Assembly: GCA_043825855.1 (NCBI GenBank)
Contig: JBDRRJ010000033.1
Span: forward strand, 235 to 64,234
Origin: Pseudomonadota bacterium
GTDB lineage: Bacteria > Desulfobacterota > UBA8473
Direction of reading: 5' to 3'
Length of the DNA: 64,000 bases
Position numbers and translations under genes: made by a program
Shown here: one piece after another, positions 19,432 to 31,200 of the stretch
Layout of the letters: every line of letters begins with the position of its first letter
How positions within the stretch are numbered: position 1 is the first letter of the stretch
Notes under the pieces: generated by a model
Databases searched by the model: none
Told to the model about the DNA's origin: nothing
The model's input: the letters and a program-made list of their open reading frames with translations, nothing else

Positions 19432-20523
19432 TCAGGATGAAGTATTTAAATATTCTTTCCTTATTCTATCAGAAACCTCTCTAGTAAGTGCCAGAGTTTT
19501 TTCTGCCAATTCAGTACTGAGTGACCCTGCTCCACAACTTGGGGTAATTAATGATTGTTTCAATAACCTTTCAAATTTAATTCCTTTAGCTGTAAGCTTT
19601 TCAATGCTATTTTTCCATTTTGACAGCAAAGAATCGGCTGTCTCCTGTGATAGTAGATTGGGGTCATGTGTGGGAACGACACCCCAGGCCATAATGCCCC
19701 CCTGTTCAATAAATCCTTTTAACTCTTTTTCATATATAAGCAAATTATCAAAGAATCCATAAGCATCGAAACTAAGAATATCTATCCCGGTATTCAGAGG
19801 CAAGGCCCAGTCAGTATTTTCGCAACAATGGACGGCCGCTAATTCCCCCTCTTTATGAATAACCTCGATAATCTCCTCAAGGGATTTCTGTATATCCTCT
19901 TTTAACACACTTATAAAGATTGAGGAACCATAGCCTACCAGTCCAGGCTCATCAATTGAGATTATAACAGGGACACCAAAAGGCTTAAACTTTTCAATTT
20001 GCCACTTTGCTTTCATGGACATACTTTTAACTATTATATCCTTAAGGGTTGGGTCATAATAGGCATAACGCTTTGTTTTGTCTGTTAATCCCGTCCCCAG
20101 GGTGAAAGGCCCGCTAATCTGTCCTTTAATAGCAAAAGGTAGAGGTGAATGGGTGCTTAATGCATCGATTAATGCATATAACCCCGAAGCATAATCAGAT
20201 GAGATAGCAAATCTTTTTTCCAGACAAGTTGCTGAGTTCCCCTCTGAAACTGAGAGATAGTCTTCATAAAATTCAAGCACCGATTTTTCAAACTTTGATC
20301 CTTCATTCAGGAAATGGGGACTTCCTTCATCCCATACCAAACCGGGTATGCCTTCAGTTGGCTGGATCAGCATATCCTCTTTAGGAAGTTTGGGCAATTG
20401 AACCCATGCAGGTATCTCGGGAGTATATAGAAGCATCAACTCTGTAGCCACCCTTGCATCTTTATGGGGCATACTTCCTATAGTAGTTGGTAAACAGTTA
20501 CCTGAAAATTCTCTTGTTCTCAT
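19432..20523 (-). CDS. Cobalamin-independent methionine synthase (MetE C-terminal domain)-like methyltransferase, short form
   Basis: 363 aa. LPTTIGSMPH closely resembles the MetE LPTTTIGSFPR motif. Overall URO-D/CIMS-like TIM-barrel length. Confidence 0.55.
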   Translation of the reverse strand: MRTREFSGNCLPTTIGSMPHKDARVATELMLLYTPEIPAWVQLPKLPKEDMLIQPTEGIPGLVWDEGSPHFLNEGSKFEKSVLEFYEDYLSVSEGNSATCLEKRFAISSDYASGLYALIDALSTHSPLPFAIKGQISGPFTLGTGLTDKTKRYAYYDPTLKDIIVKSMSMKAKWQIEKFKPFGVPVIISIDEPGLVGYGSSIFISVLKEDIQKSLEEIIEVIHKEGELAAVHCCENTDWALPLNTGIDILSFDAYGFFDNLLIYEKELKGFIEQGGIMAWGVVPTHDPNLLSQETADSLLSKWKNSIEKLTAKGIKFERLLKQSLITPSCGAGSLSTELAEKTLALTREVSDRIRKEYLNTSS

Positions 20524-20595
20524 CCTCTTTTACTTTCATCTCTTCGTTTTCATTAACCACCTGTTGAAAAAGGCAATTATGTATATTTAGGAAGT

Positions 20596-21345
20596 TCAAT
20601 TTTCGTGGTGCAAAGGGCTTCCGTTCAGTTCTTCCTTGTGTGATGTCCAGTTCGGCAGAAACTTGTCTAGGTACATATTAAATCTTTCATTATGGTGCTT
20701 TTCCAAAAGGTGCGTCATTTCATGCACAACTATATACTCTATGCATTCCCTTGGCTTTTTTGCCAGTTCAAGATTTAACCAGATTCTCTTTGCTTTAATA
20801 TTGCAACTGCCCCATCTGGTTTTCATTTTTTTAATGGCGAACTCAGCCACCTCTGTCTGCATAGTTTTTTCATATTGCGCAATGAATCCGGGAACTATTT
20901 CTTTTAATCTTTGACGGTACCATTCATTTAAAATTTCTTTTCTTTTTTCCAAGCTTGTATTTGGTCGGATATACATTTCGAGAGTTTCATCCTTTATTAA
21001 AACTTTTGGAGAGGCATTATGCTCTATAACTCTGAACAAAAATCTTTCCCCCAAATAGTAATGTCTTTTGTCATTAATATATCCCCTCGGCACTTCTCGT
21101 TCTTGTTCCAGAAATTTGGCCTGGTGTTTCTTTATCCATCGTGACTTTGAAACAGCAAATGTCCTGACTGTTTCCAAATTCATTTTATGCGGTACTGATA
21201 TTCTAACTCTGCCGGCAGGCGGATAAACTATCAGGTTCACATTTTTAATGTTTTTGCGTACCACATCAATACATATATCACCCAACATGATTTGTTGCAT
21301 TTTAATACCAGTTTTCCTAAGAAATAATCTACCCAAGTATACCAC
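20596..21345 (-). CDS. DUF45/YgjP-like (M48/SprT-like) zinc metallohydrolase
   Basis: WGSC...VVHEMTHLLEKHHNERF has the HExxH motif in the context typical of the YgjP family. Confidence 0.8.
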   Translation of the reverse strand: MVYLGRLFLRKTGIKMQQIMLGDICIDVVRKNIKNVNLIVYPPAGRVRISVPHKMNLETVRTFAVSKSRWIKKHQAKFLEQEREVPRGYINDKRHYYLGERFLFRVIEHNASPKVLIKDETLEMYIRPNTSLEKRKEILNEWYRQRLKEIVPGFIAQYEKTMQTEVAEFAIKKMKTRWGSCNIKAKRIWLNLELAKKPRECIEYIVVHEMTHLLEKHHNERFNMYLDKFLPNWTSHKEELNGSPLHHEN

Positions 21346-21362
21346 AATAATTCATAATTAGT

Positions 21363-22019
21363 TCATTTCATTATGTATGTAACTTCATTGATAGGTTTGC
21401 GACTTGCCGACTTTGGTTCCTCAGCCGGATAACCCACTGGTATGAAGGTAACTATATCCAACTCCGGTTTGACATCAAGAATTTTCTTTATCTCTCCGGC
21501 AGACTGGATTGGCCCGGTCATCCACGTTGCACCGAGTCCCATTTGGTGAAGAATAAGAAGCAGAAGGGTGACCGCAGCTGATGTTGACTGGATTTTACTG
21601 TCCGCTATGTTTCGCCATTTCATCATCTCCTTAGCTTTAGGGTCTACTTTTTCTCGTAACTCCAGAAGTTGGTCGACAACGGATTGGTAGCTGGAGGCAG
21701 CGATTACAATCGCCGCAGGAGCGCTCCGAAAAAAGTCACTTAACTGCAAGTAATTTCTGAAAGTGTCCCCGAATGTAGCGGCTTCAGGCCAGGAAGCCAT
21801 GACGGATATGCTTGCCTGCACTGCATCGGCAATAGAGCCAATAATTTTCTTATTGGTAATAATGTAAAAATGCCAGTTCTGCTGATTGCCGCCGCTTGGC
21901 GCCCACGTAGCCAACTCAACTGCTTTTAGAAGGATGTCCTCCGATACTGGCTTATTATCCTGCCAACGCCGAATGGATCGTCTGCTCTTAATAAGGTGTT
22001 CAAGTTCGCTGAATTCCAA
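21363..22019 (-). CDS. Nitroreductase-family protein
   Basis: RRSIRRW...ATWAPSGGNQQNWHF is the classical nitroreductase FMN-binding N-terminus. Confidence 0.8.
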   Translation of the reverse strand: MEFSELEHLIKSRRSIRRWQDNKPVSEDILLKAVELATWAPSGGNQQNWHFYIITNKKIIGSIADAVQASISVMASWPEAATFGDTFRNYLQLSDFFRSAPAAIVIAASSYQSVVDQLLELREKVDPKAKEMMKWRNIADSKIQSTSAAVTLLLLILHQMGLGATWMTGPIQSAGEIKKILDVKPELDIVTFIPVGYPAEEPKSASRKPINEVTYIMK

Positions 22020-22102
22020 ATATGTTCTCCTTTTGTAATAATATGGATAAATAAATTTTCGGGCAAACTTGCCTAACCCAATTTGTTTTATCGTTATCTA
22101 CC

Positions 22103-22747
22103 CTACTCCCCTTTCCATCCATGTTCTCCAACTAAAGGCACAAACACACAACTTGTAAAGTCTTCCCTTTTAAAATAGTTTCCAACTCTTGTTATCTTGT
22201 AAAGTGTCTGGATAAATCTTGAGCCGACAGGGATAACAAGCCGTCCCCCGTCGGTTAACTGGTTCTGTAAAGTACTGGGAATATCGGGCGATCCTGCAGT
22301 AACGATAATACCGTCAAAGGGAGATTCTTTTTCCCATCCTTTGCTTCCATCACCAACTCCGAATTCTATATTGTTATAACCCAGACCTGAAAGAATCCGC
22401 CGTGATTTATCGGAAAGAGATCTATGAATCTCTATGGTATATATTTCTTTTGCCAGTTCGGCCAGTATGGCTGTCTGGTATCCGGACCCTGTCCCTATCT
22501 CAAGAACCCTCTCTGCCCCTTTTAATTCCAAACACTGAGTCATCAAAGCTACCATATATGGCTGTGATATGGTTTGCCCCTCCCCAATTGACAGAGGGCT
22601 ATCACAGTATGCAGATGATATTAGTTCAGAAGGCACAAATCTGTGTCTTGGTACTTTTCGCATTGCTTCCAAAACCCTGATACTGGTTATATCCCTTGTT
22701 TTCAGCTGGGTTTCAACCATCCGTTGACGTTCGGTATCGAAATCCAT
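22103..22747 (-). CDS. pcm: Protein-L-isoaspartate O-methyltransferase
   Basis: 214 aa. SAM motif VLEIGTGSGYQTA and TISQPYMVA. Confidence 0.9.
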   Translation of the reverse strand: MDFDTERQRMVETQLKTRDITSIRVLEAMRKVPRHRFVPSELISSAYCDSPLSIGEGQTISQPYMVALMTQCLELKGAERVLEIGTGSGYQTAILAELAKEIYTIEIHRSLSDKSRRILSGLGYNNIEFGVGDGSKGWEKESPFDGIIVTAGSPDIPSTLQNQLTDGGRLVIPVGSRFIQTLYKITRVGNYFKREDFTSCVFVPLVGEHGWKGE

Positions 22748-22785
22748 AGAGCACCTATTCTTTGTTTTTCTAGTTAAGCCTCATA

Positions 22786-25197
22786 TCAAACCGTCAACTT
22801 TTTTGTTTTCTTCTTCGTTTTATCGGTAAGGGCCAACTTTAAAACCCTGTCAATATTCTCCACAAAGACAAATTTCATGCCTTTTCTGAGTTGCTTATCG
22901 ATTTCTTCTATATCATTCTTATTCCTCTTGGGCAGAATTACTGTCTTTATTCCAGCTCGCTTGGCTGCCAATACCTTTTCTTTGACACCCCCTATTGGCA
23001 GGACAGTACCACTTAAAGTAATCTCTCCTGTCATTGCTATATCGCTCCTGACGGGCTTTTCGGTAAGGATGGAAGCTATTGCTGTAGCCATGGTTATACC
23101 GGCGGAGGGTCCGTCTTTAGGAATTGCACCAGCCGGTACATGAAGATGAAGATCGTATTTTTCAAAAAACTCGGGATCAATTTTGAGTTTTTGAGGCTGA
23201 GAACGGATATAGCTCAAGGCGGCTTTTGCCGATTCCTGCATAACATCCCCCATATTGCCGGTAAGGGATAGTCCCTTCTTCCCAGGCATCTTAGTTGCCT
23301 CTACAAATAATACATCTCCCCCCGCCTCTGTCCATGCCAACCCAGTAGCCACTCCGGGATGAGATGTTCTCATTACCACTTCCGGGAAAACCTTTTCCGG
23401 ACCCAAAAAATCGTATAGATTTTCAGGTAAAACATTAACTGTTTTATCCTTTTTATTTCCTATTGCTACCTGATGTGCCACCTTTCGACAAACCCTGGCA
23501 ATCTGTCTCTCCAGATTTCTAACCCCAGCTTCCCTGGTATAGCTTGTAATAATCTTTCGTATAGCCTCTTCTGTAAACTCAATATTATCGGTTTTCAAAC
23601 CGTGTTCTTCCAACTGCCTTGGCACAAGGTACTTTTCTGCAATACATGTCTTTTCCTCATCAGTATATCCTGCCAGCCTGATAATCTCCATTCTGTCCCT
23701 AAGTGCCGGTTGAATGGTCTCCATTACGTTCGCCGTAGTTATGAACATAGTCTTCGATAAATCAAAGGGCAGATCAACGTAATGATCACTGAATGTATTG
23801 TTCTGCTCCGGATCCAATACCTCCAAAAGTGCTGAGGAAGGGTCCCCTCTATAATCAGTCCCCACCTTATCTATCTCATCTAACATGAAGACCGGATTGT
23901 TTGATTCAACTCTTCTTATACCCTGGATTATTCGACCTGGGAGAGCGCCTATATAGGTTCGGCGGTGACCTCTTATCTCAGCTTCATCCCGTATTCCTCC
24001 TAATGACATTCTTATAAATTTTCTCCCCAAAGCCCTTGCTATGGACTGCCCCAAGGAAGTCTTGCCCACGCCTGGGGGTCCTACAAAGCAAAGGATAGGA
24101 CCTTTCATGTCATCCTTTAATTTCCTTATAGCCAAATATTCAACAATCCTTTCCTTGACTTCCTTGAGATCATAGTGGTCCTTTTCTAAAACTTTTTTTG
24201 CTCTTATCAGATCAAGATTATCCTCCGTACCTTTGTTCCATGGAATTTCAATAAGCCAGTCAAGATATGTCCTAATTACAGTATGTTCCGCAGATGCAGG
24301 AGGTAACCTCTCGAACCTTTTTAATTCTTTGTCTACCTCTTTTAAAACATAATCAGGCAGATTAGCCTCTTCTATTTTTGTTCTAAGTTCAATTATTTCA
24401 GCCTGTCTTTCATCAGTCTCTCCTAATTCCTGCTGTATAGCCTTTAACTGCTCTCTAAGGTAGTACTCTCTTTGTGTTTTACCCATCTCATTTTGTACCT
24501 GAGACTGAATCTTTCCACCTAACTCTAGGAGTTCAAGCTCCCGGTTTAAAATTGATAAAACCTTGTTAAGTTTATCCTCTACATATTTTGCCTCAAGTAT
24601 TTCTTGCCTCTCCTCTAATTTCATCCTGACCATAGTCGCTATAAAGTAAGCAAGTTTTATGGGCTCTTCAATATTCATGACGGCTACCTGGAGTTCATCC
24701 GGCATATAAGGGACAAGGTTAACCATCTTATGGTATTGTCCGGATATAGTCCTCATCAATGCTTCTGCCCTTTCAGTAATTTCTTCCTTTTCCGGTACAA
24801 CAGTTATCCTGGCTTTATAAAAAGGTTCTTTTTGAATGTATTCAACTATCCTTATCTTAGCTAAACCTTGTATGATTAATCTCATACTGCCATCGGGCAT
24901 CTTTAACATTTTGTGGATAAGTATAACTGATCCTATCTCATAGAGATCTTCTTCTGATATCTCTTCTTTTTCTTTGGACTTTATAGCAACGGTACCTACC
25001 ATTCTATTTTTTGACATTACAAAATCTACAGCATCAGCACCTCTTTTATCAGTTATCGCAAGAGGAACCAATGTATGAGGATAAACAACCATATCATTGA
25101 TTGGAATGATAGCTAATTCTTGAGGTATATCATGTTCTTCTAATTTATCAGTAACTTTTATTTCTTCTGAAGTAGTATCTTTTAACTCTATATCCAT
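22786..25197 (-). CDS. lon: ATP-dependent protease Lon
   Basis: 803 aa. LON N-domain, Walker [10 protein letters not shown] and the catalytic PKDGPSAGI Ser motif. Confidence 0.95.
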   Translation of the reverse strand: MDIELKDTTSEEIKVTDKLEEHDIPQELAIIPINDMVVYPHTLVPLAITDKRGADAVDFVMSKNRMVGTVAIKSKEKEEISEEDLYEIGSVILIHKMLKMPDGSMRLIIQGLAKIRIVEYIQKEPFYKARITVVPEKEEITERAEALMRTISGQYHKMVNLVPYMPDELQVAVMNIEEPIKLAYFIATMVRMKLEERQEILEAKYVEDKLNKVLSILNRELELLELGGKIQSQVQNEMGKTQREYYLREQLKAIQQELGETDERQAEIIELRTKIEEANLPDYVLKEVDKELKRFERLPPASAEHTVIRTYLDWLIEIPWNKGTEDNLDLIRAKKVLEKDHYDLKEVKERIVEYLAIRKLKDDMKGPILCFVGPPGVGKTSLGQSIARALGRKFIRMSLGGIRDEAEIRGHRRTYIGALPGRIIQGIRRVESNNPVFMLDEIDKVGTDYRGDPSSALLEVLDPEQNNTFSDHYVDLPFDLSKTMFITTANVMETIQPALRDRMEIIRLAGYTDEEKTCIAEKYLVPRQLEEHGLKTDNIEFTEEAIRKIITSYTREAGVRNLERQIARVCRKVAHQVAIGNKKDKTVNVLPENLYDFLGPEKVFPEVVMRTSHPGVATGLAWTEAGGDVLFVEATKMPGKKGLSLTGNMGDVMQESAKAALSYIRSQPQKLKIDPEFFEKYDLHLHVPAGAIPKDGPSAGITMATAIASILTEKPVRSDIAMTGEITLSGTVLPIGGVKEKVLAAKRAGIKTVILPKRNKNDIEEIDKQLRKGMKFVFVENIDRVLKLALTDKTKKKTKKLTV

Positions 25198-25209
25198 ACC
25201 GCCCTCCCC

Positions 25210-25653
25210 TTATTCTACTTCTATTTCCAGTGTCTTCTTTATTGTTTGGACAGATTCCTTTGAGATAATTATTCTTAAGAAGCCATCCTTATACTCTGCC
25301 TTTATAGCATCCCCTTCCACTGTTTCAGGTAATAAAATAGACCTTTCAAATTCGTCATAATTTATCTCTACCTGATGATAAATCCTCGTCTCACCGTGAG
25401 TAAGGTCTCTTCTGGCTCCCCTAATTGTTAATCGATTCTCATAAAGGTTCACTGAGAGGTCTTCTTTCTTAACTCCTGCCAGTTCCATTTTAATCACTAA
25501 TTCATCTTTTGTCTCATAGACATCTGTATATGGTCGCCATTTTTCTTGAGATAAGGACTGGAGAGGATTTTTGGGGCTAAATAAGCGATAGAAATGATGT
25601 TCCATCTCAATATTAATTTTTCTTATTTTATCTAATAGACTGTCGGGGTTCAT
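25210..25653 (-). CDS. Hsp20/alpha-crystallin small heat-shock protein
   Basis: ACD-like core (DVYETKDELVIKMELAGVKKEDLSV...YKDGFLRIII). The track ORF starts at 25722, but an internal ATG at 25653 is preceded by AGGAG and gives a typical 147-aa sHsp. It lies immediately upstream of lon on the same strand. Confidence 0.7.
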   Translation of the reverse strand: MNPDSLLDKIRKINIEMEHHFYRLFSPKNPLQSLSQEKWRPYTDVYETKDELVIKMELAGVKKEDLSVNLYENRLTIRGARRDLTHGETRIYHQVEINYDEFERSILLPETVEGDAIKAEYKDGFLRIIISKESVQTIKKTLEIEVE

Positions 25654-25884
25654 ATTCTTATCTCTCCTTAATGGGTTGTTTTGAAGAATTAATAAATTCC
25701 TTTCATGCCCCCATCTTTGCAAATTCTAATATAAAAATTTTCAGGTATAGAGTCTAGAGGGCTAATTCCTAAAAAGTGCCTGAAGCAAATCATGGATGGG
25801 TCAAAAAACCAGCACTATAGAGTGTAAAAGAAAATATTTACTTTATATATATTAAATTGGAGGTATCGGGTTGAGGAGTAATCC

Positions 25885-27063
25885 TTAACTTTCAAAATGC
25901 ACCAGTTGTTCTAAAACAATCTTCCTGATTTCTTGTGGTTTTGGTAAGCTCCCAACTAACCTCCCATTTTTTATAAGCGATATGGTAAGGGGCTTAAAAC
26001 TTTCCCCGCATTTGCATTTTCCAACTTTTTTACCCTTAAATAATAATGATTCCCGTACCGGAACAACTCTGTATGAAAAACATCCGGGGCATCTAATCAA
26101 CTCCTTGCTTCCGGACATTTTCCCTCTCTTTGCCAGGGGGACCCCTTCTATCTCTGTTATATCGAAAGAAAAATCCACAACAGGTGCATTAGATATGGAT
26201 GTCCCTACGCCATAAGCATCGACCAGCTGGTTAAGCTCAGAGATTGCTTTCTCATCTATACCTCCGCTTACAAAAAGCTTTACTTTATTGTACCCTCTCA
26301 AGTCTAGTTCCCAACGAACCTCTTTTATAATCTCCATAAAATTCCCTCTTCTTGAAGAAGGAGTATCAAGCCTTATTGCAAAGAGTTTTTTGCCCAATGC
26401 TTCTGCTACCTTCAATGCTTCAAACTTTTCATCATTAAAGGTATCTATAAGAGATACCCTATTTACTTTTTTTGCTATAACCTCGTCAAATGCTTTGGTT
26501 GCCTCTATAGTATCTCCCATAATCAAAACAAGAGCATGGGGCATAGTGCCCATAGGTTCTTCTCCTATAATTTCAGCACCTTTAATACAAGACACCCCAT
26601 CGCATCCGCCTATAAAAGCATTTCTTTCGATCATGGGAGAAATTGCCGGATGCATTCGTCTGGCACCAAAACTTATCAAGAGCCTGTCTCCAACAGCCTT
26701 TCGACATCTGGCTGCTGCTGTTGCTATACCAGAAGCCTGACATAAAAAACCCAGTAAAGAGGTTTCATAAACTCCAAAATCAGTATATTTGCCTTCTATC
26801 TCAAATACAGGGTCATACTCCCTGAAGATGGTACCCTCGGCTAAACACCTTACATTAACATTTAGCCCTTCCAATAAGGAAGCACATTCTTCTACTCCTG
26901 CCAGGACCGCCCACTGCCAATCTTTTGGCAGCTTCTTAACAATAACCTCACCCTTAACTCTTTTATCAATACCCTTGGCTTTAAGTATATCATAAGTCCT
27001 GGTAAAGTAGACATCTGTAACTTTACCATCTTTTATATCCTGGGAAGTTACACTATGAAACAT
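25885..27063 (-). CDS. Nicotinate phosphoribosyltransferase (archaeal-type short NAPRTase)
   Basis: 392 aa. The N-terminal DVYFTRT and phosphoribosyltransferase type II barrel pattern are typical of NAPRTases. A C-terminal Cys cluster (CPGC...CKC) is unusual for this family. Confidence 0.65.
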   Translation of the reverse strand: MFHSVTSQDIKDGKVTDVYFTRTYDILKAKGIDKRVKGEVIVKKLPKDWQWAVLAGVEECASLLEGLNVNVRCLAEGTIFREYDPVFEIEGKYTDFGVYETSLLGFLCQASGIATAAARCRKAVGDRLLISFGARRMHPAISPMIERNAFIGGCDGVSCIKGAEIIGEEPMGTMPHALVLIMGDTIEATKAFDEVIAKKVNRVSLIDTFNDEKFEALKVAEALGKKLFAIRLDTPSSRRGNFMEIIKEVRWELDLRGYNKVKLFVSGGIDEKAISELNQLVDAYGVGTSISNAPVVDFSFDITEIEGVPLAKRGKMSGSKELIRCPGCFSYRVVPVRESLLFKGKKVGKCKCGESFKPLTISLIKNGRLVGSLPKPQEIRKIVLEQLVHFES

Positions 27064-27075
27064 AGCTCCTCCTTC

Positions 27076-27753
27076 CTACTCAATGCCTGAACAGGCTCTA
27101 ATACACATTCCACAGATATACTGCCCTATATTACATTCTTTTCTAAATCCCTTTAGCTTTTCAAAACAACCCATATGATCAAAATCTTCCTGTTTCTCCT
27201 TAATAGCGCCAACAGGACAGACAGATATACATTCTCTGCAATCCCCACAATCTTTGTCTAAAGGGCTGTCAGCCAATAAAGGCATATTAGTAAGCAAGGT
27301 AACCAACCTTACCCGACAGCCATATTTCGGATTGACCAACAGATTATTCCTGCCCAGAAAGCCCAGACCAGCCTCGACAGCAATTCTCTTATGAGAAATG
27401 TGCGCTTTTTGGTTCTCCCAATCGATAATCTGGGAAGCCGCTATAGGCAAGACATCCCATCCTTCCTTTTGTATATGCCCGGTTAGTTTAACGGCTATCT
27501 GATCCAGAAGGTTATTGAGCTGCCTGTAGTGATGAAAGTAGAGCTGGGTAGGTCTGTCTTCTATACCCTCTATGACTCTCTTTGAGAGTCTAACTCCTAC
27601 AGAGATGCCATAATCCAATTCATCAATCTGTCTTGGAGGAAGATCAACAAAACTGTTCTTTAATGCTCGTATGTCAGCAACCCCAAAAAGTGATCCACCT
27701 AAATCGATAACCATGTTTTTTAATGTGGAATAGTTTTTTTTCTCATTTTCCAT
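27076..27753 (-). CDS. 4Fe-4S cluster protein, epoxyqueuosine reductase (QueG)-like C-terminal module
   Basis: 225 aa. CGDCRECISVCPVGAI and CGMCIRAC ferredoxin-type motifs. Shorter than canonical QueG. Confidence 0.45.
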   Translation of the reverse strand: MENEKKNYSTLKNMVIDLGGSLFGVADIRALKNSFVDLPPRQIDELDYGISVGVRLSKRVIEGIEDRPTQLYFHHYRQLNNLLDQIAVKLTGHIQKEGWDVLPIAASQIIDWENQKAHISHKRIAVEAGLGFLGRNNLLVNPKYGCRVRLVTLLTNMPLLADSPLDKDCGDCRECISVCPVGAIKEKQEDFDHMGCFEKLKGFRKECNIGQYICGMCIRACSGIE

Positions 27754-27804
27754 GTTGACTTACCTCACCCTCGGTAGAAATAACAAATATCGTCATACAA
27801 ATCG

Positions 27805-29736
27805 CTATAGATACCCCAACTTCTTCATATATACAGTAAGTATAGAAATAGCGGCAGGTGTAATCCCGGATATCCGGGATGCCTGCCCCAGAGAAATAGG
27901 TCTAATCTTAAGCAACTTTTCCATTACTTCGTTGGATAATCCAGGAATATTGCGAAAGTCAAGGTCATGGGGTATCTGCAGCTTTTCCATCTTTTTGAAT
28001 CTGTGTATTTCTTCACTCTGTCTGTCTATATAACCTCTGTATTTAACTTGAATCTCTACCTGGAGAGCTTCGCCAGGCGATAATTCACGGCTGGTTGCAT
28101 CATCAAACATATTCAAATCTTTATGTGATATTTCTGGTCTTCTCAGAAGTTCTTCCAGGGTTGTTACATTGTTTACAGGACTACTTCCTATCTCAAGAAG
28201 TTTCTCATTTATAACTTTATTTGGTTTGATTTTCTTAAGCTTAAGTCTGGCTATCTCCTCCTCAATAGTATTAAGCTTTGCTTTAAGACTTCTGTAGTCT
28301 TCATCGCTTACCAATCCAAGAATGTATCCCTTCTCTCGTAACCTAAGGTCTGCATTATCTTCTCTCAGCAATAATCTATACTCTGCTCTTGAAGTAAACA
28401 TTCGGTAAGGCTCATCCGTTCCTTTGGTAACCAGGTCATCTATTAAGACACCGATATAAGCTTCAGATCTATCAAGTACAAAAGACCCCTTATCCTGAAC
28501 ATTCAGAGAAGCATTGATCCCGGCAATAATACCCTGGGCAGCAGCCTCTTCATAACCGGTAGTTCCGTTGATCTGACCAGCACAGTATAAGTTTGTAATA
28601 AGTTTTGTTTCAAGAGTCGGCTTTAACTGGGTAGGATCCAAGTAATCATATTCAATAGCATATCCCGGTCTCATTATTTCCACCTGCTCCAACCCTTCTA
28701 TACTCCTCAACATATTCAACTGTACATCTAAGGGCAGGCTTGTAGACAGGCCATTGGGATATATCTCTACTGTATCAAGACCGTCAGGCTCTAAAAATAT
28801 CTGATGTCTGGGCTTCTCGGGAAACCGCATAATCTTATCTTCTATTGAGGGACAGTATCTTACCCCAATACCCTTTATCAGACCCATATACAGTGGAGAA
28901 CGATCTAAACCGTTTCTAATTATCTCATGAGTATCAGAATTGGTATAGGTAATGTAACAAGAAACCTGAGGCTGTTTTATTTCCTTTGTTGTAAAGGAGA
29001 AAGGGATAGGTGGGTTATCGCCTTCCTGTGTTTTAAGCCTTTCAAAATCAATTGTCCTGCCATCCAGTCGCGGTGTCGTGCCGGTCTTTAGCCTGCCCAT
29101 TTTAAGTCCTAAATCCCTCAAACTATGGGATAGACTTATGGAAGGAGGGTCACCCATCCTTCCTGATGGAAAGTTCTCAAGACCTATGTGAATTACTCCA
29201 TTCAGGAATGTACCTGTTGTAATAACGACAGTTTTTGCAAGAAAATATTCCTCAATATTGGTTTTAATACCATAAACGACATTATCCTTCTTTACCAATA
29301 AGTTATCTACAACGGTCTGTTTAATATCAAGATTTTCCTGATTTTCTAAAACCGACTTCATGCTTAAACGATAAGCCTGTCTATCAATCTGAGCTCTGGA
29401 TGACTGCACAGCAGGACCTTTCCTTGTGTTTAAAACCCTGAACTGTATACCAGTCTCATCTGTATTCTTAGCCATCTCACCACCCAGGGCATCGATCTCT
29501 TTAACCAATTGTCCTTTTGCGAGTCCACCTATGGCTGGGTTGCAGGACACCAGAGCAATGGTATCAAGATTGATAGTTGTAATGAGGGTTTTACATCCCA
29601 TTCGTGAAGCAGCTAGTGCAGCTTCACAACCGGCATGTCCCCCTCCAATTACAATAACATCATATTCTTTTGGGTAGGTTAACAACATGCCCTCCGAGAG
29701 ATTTTTTCTAAACCTGATATAAGGTAAATCAGTCAA
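27805..29736 (-). CDS. mnmG: tRNA uridine 5-carboxymethylaminomethyl modification enzyme MnmG (GidA)
   Basis: 643 aa. FAD motif [14 protein letters not shown] and overall GidA length and architecture. Confidence 0.95.
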   Translation of the reverse strand: MTDLPYIRFRKNLSEGMLLTYPKEYDVIVIGGGHAGCEAALAASRMGCKTLITTINLDTIALVSCNPAIGGLAKGQLVKEIDALGGEMAKNTDETGIQFRVLNTRKGPAVQSSRAQIDRQAYRLSMKSVLENQENLDIKQTVVDNLLVKKDNVVYGIKTNIEEYFLAKTVVITTGTFLNGVIHIGLENFPSGRMGDPPSISLSHSLRDLGLKMGRLKTGTTPRLDGRTIDFERLKTQEGDNPPIPFSFTTKEIKQPQVSCYITYTNSDTHEIIRNGLDRSPLYMGLIKGIGVRYCPSIEDKIMRFPEKPRHQIFLEPDGLDTVEIYPNGLSTSLPLDVQLNMLRSIEGLEQVEIMRPGYAIEYDYLDPTQLKPTLETKLITNLYCAGQINGTTGYEEAAAQGIIAGINASLNVQDKGSFVLDRSEAYIGVLIDDLVTKGTDEPYRMFTSRAEYRLLLREDNADLRLREKGYILGLVSDEDYRSLKAKLNTIEEEIARLKLKKIKPNKVINEKLLEIGSSPVNNVTTLEELLRRPEISHKDLNMFDDATSRELSPGEALQVEIQVKYRGYIDRQSEEIHRFKKMEKLQIPHDLDFRNIPGLSNEVMEKLLKIRPISLGQASRISGITPAAISILTVYMKKLGYL

Positions 29737-29929
29737 ATCTAAAATTATTTTATCGTAAATATTTATTAGGATTATTTTAAAAACAAATTCTCCTCTAGAC
29801 GGAGAATTTAGATATGACTATAACATAAATGAAACCTTTGTTAAACAAAAATACCTTGACATATCTTTGATAAGAAGTTAGTTTTCGTCATTAATTTCTA
29901 ACATCTAGAACTTTAACCCCCTTAGGATC

Positions 29930-31072
29930 TTGAATATGATATCAAAAAAAGCAAAACATATACCCCCTTTTATAGTGATGGATGTAATGGAGAAGGCAGC
30001 AGAGATGGAAAGAAGTGGAGAAAATATCATCCATCTTGAAGTAGGAGAACCAGACTTTGATACCCCTGCATGTGTTAAAGAGGCAGCCATTAAAGCTTTA
30101 AAGGATGGCAAAACCCACTATACCCATAGTCTGGGTTTGTTTGAGTTGAGGGAGGCAATTTGTGAACATTACTTCGAGAAATATAATGTGGAAATCTCTC
30201 CCGACCAGGTTCTGGTTACCTCGGGAAGCTCACCAGCAATGTTGATGTTATTCTCTGCCCTGCTCAACCCTGGTGATGAGATAATACTCCCTAATCCTTC
30301 TTATTCCTGCTATTTTAAATTTATAGAGTTTGTTGATGGAATACCTGCATGGGTAGATGTATGTGAGGAAGATGGTTTTCAATACCTGCCTGAAAAAATT
30401 GTAGAACGGATAACAAAGAGAACCAAAGGAATCATATTAAATTCTCCTTCCAATCCCACAGGAAACATAATGTCTGGAGAAAGGATGAGAGAAATAGCAG
30501 CGCTTGGTTCTCTGGTTATTTCAGATGAAATCTATCACGGACTGGTCTATAGAGACAGAGAACATACTATACTGGAATTTACAGATAGGGCTATTGTATT
30601 CAATGGTTTTTCAAAGCTCTATGCTATGACCGGTTGGAGGTTGGGATATATTATATTACCCGATGAATTTATTCGCCCCATGCAAAAGATCCATCAAAAC
30701 TTCTTCATCTCTGCCAATGCCTTTGTTCAATGGGCAGGGATTGCTGCCCTTAAGGAAACTAAAGAGGAAATAGCAAAGATGAAAAAGATATACGACGAAA
30801 GAAGGATATTCATGATTTCGAAGCTCAGGGAAATAGGCTTTGGAATTACCGTTGAACCAACCGGTGCCTTTTATGTGCTGGCCAATGCCAGAAAGTTTTC
30901 AGAAGATTCTTATAGACTTGCCTTTGATATCCTGGAAAATGCTAAGGTTGGAGTAACACCCGGTATTGATTTTGGAAGCAATGGCGAGGGATACATCCGC
31001 TTCTCATATGCCAATTCATTAGATAACATAAAGAAAGCCATGGATAAAATAGCAGATTATCTGGAAGTTTAG
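29930..31072 (+). CDS. Class I/II PLP-dependent aminotransferase (aspartate/aromatic type)
   Basis: 380 aa. PLP-lysine region FNGFSKLYAMTGWRLGY. The likely start is ATG 29936, 8 nt after AGGA. Confidence 0.8.
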   Translation: MNMISKKAKHIPPFIVMDVMEKAAEMERSGENIIHLEVGEPDFDTPACVKEAAIKALKDGKTHYTHSLGLFELREAICEHYFEKYNVEISPDQVLVTSGSSPAMLMLFSALLNPGDEIILPNPSYSCYFKFIEFVDGIPAWVDVCEEDGFQYLPEKIVERITKRTKGIILNSPSNPTGNIMSGERMREIAALGSLVISDEIYHGLVYRDREHTILEFTDRAIVFNGFSKLYAMTGWRLGYIILPDEFIRPMQKIHQNFFISANAFVQWAGIAALKETKEEIAKMKKIYDERRIFMISKLREIGFGITVEPTGAFYVLANARKFSEDSYRLAFDILENAKVGVTPGIDFGSNGEGYIRFSYANSLDNIKKAMDKIADYLEV

Positions 31073-31200
31073 ACATCATGAAATAACATCTGCAGAGTTT
31101 GCAAAGACTGCGTGGATTCCTTTTGATTACCCCAAGGACTCCTTCCCAGAAGATATTTTCCTGTAAGTTTTCAACATATTGGCAATTATGATGATTTGCT

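Noticed and set aside
25723-25884. Looked for a CIRCE (HrcA) inverted repeat upstream of hsp20-lon
   Set aside because: Only a weak AGCACT...GAGTGT partial match without the 9-nt spacer consensus. Not convincing.
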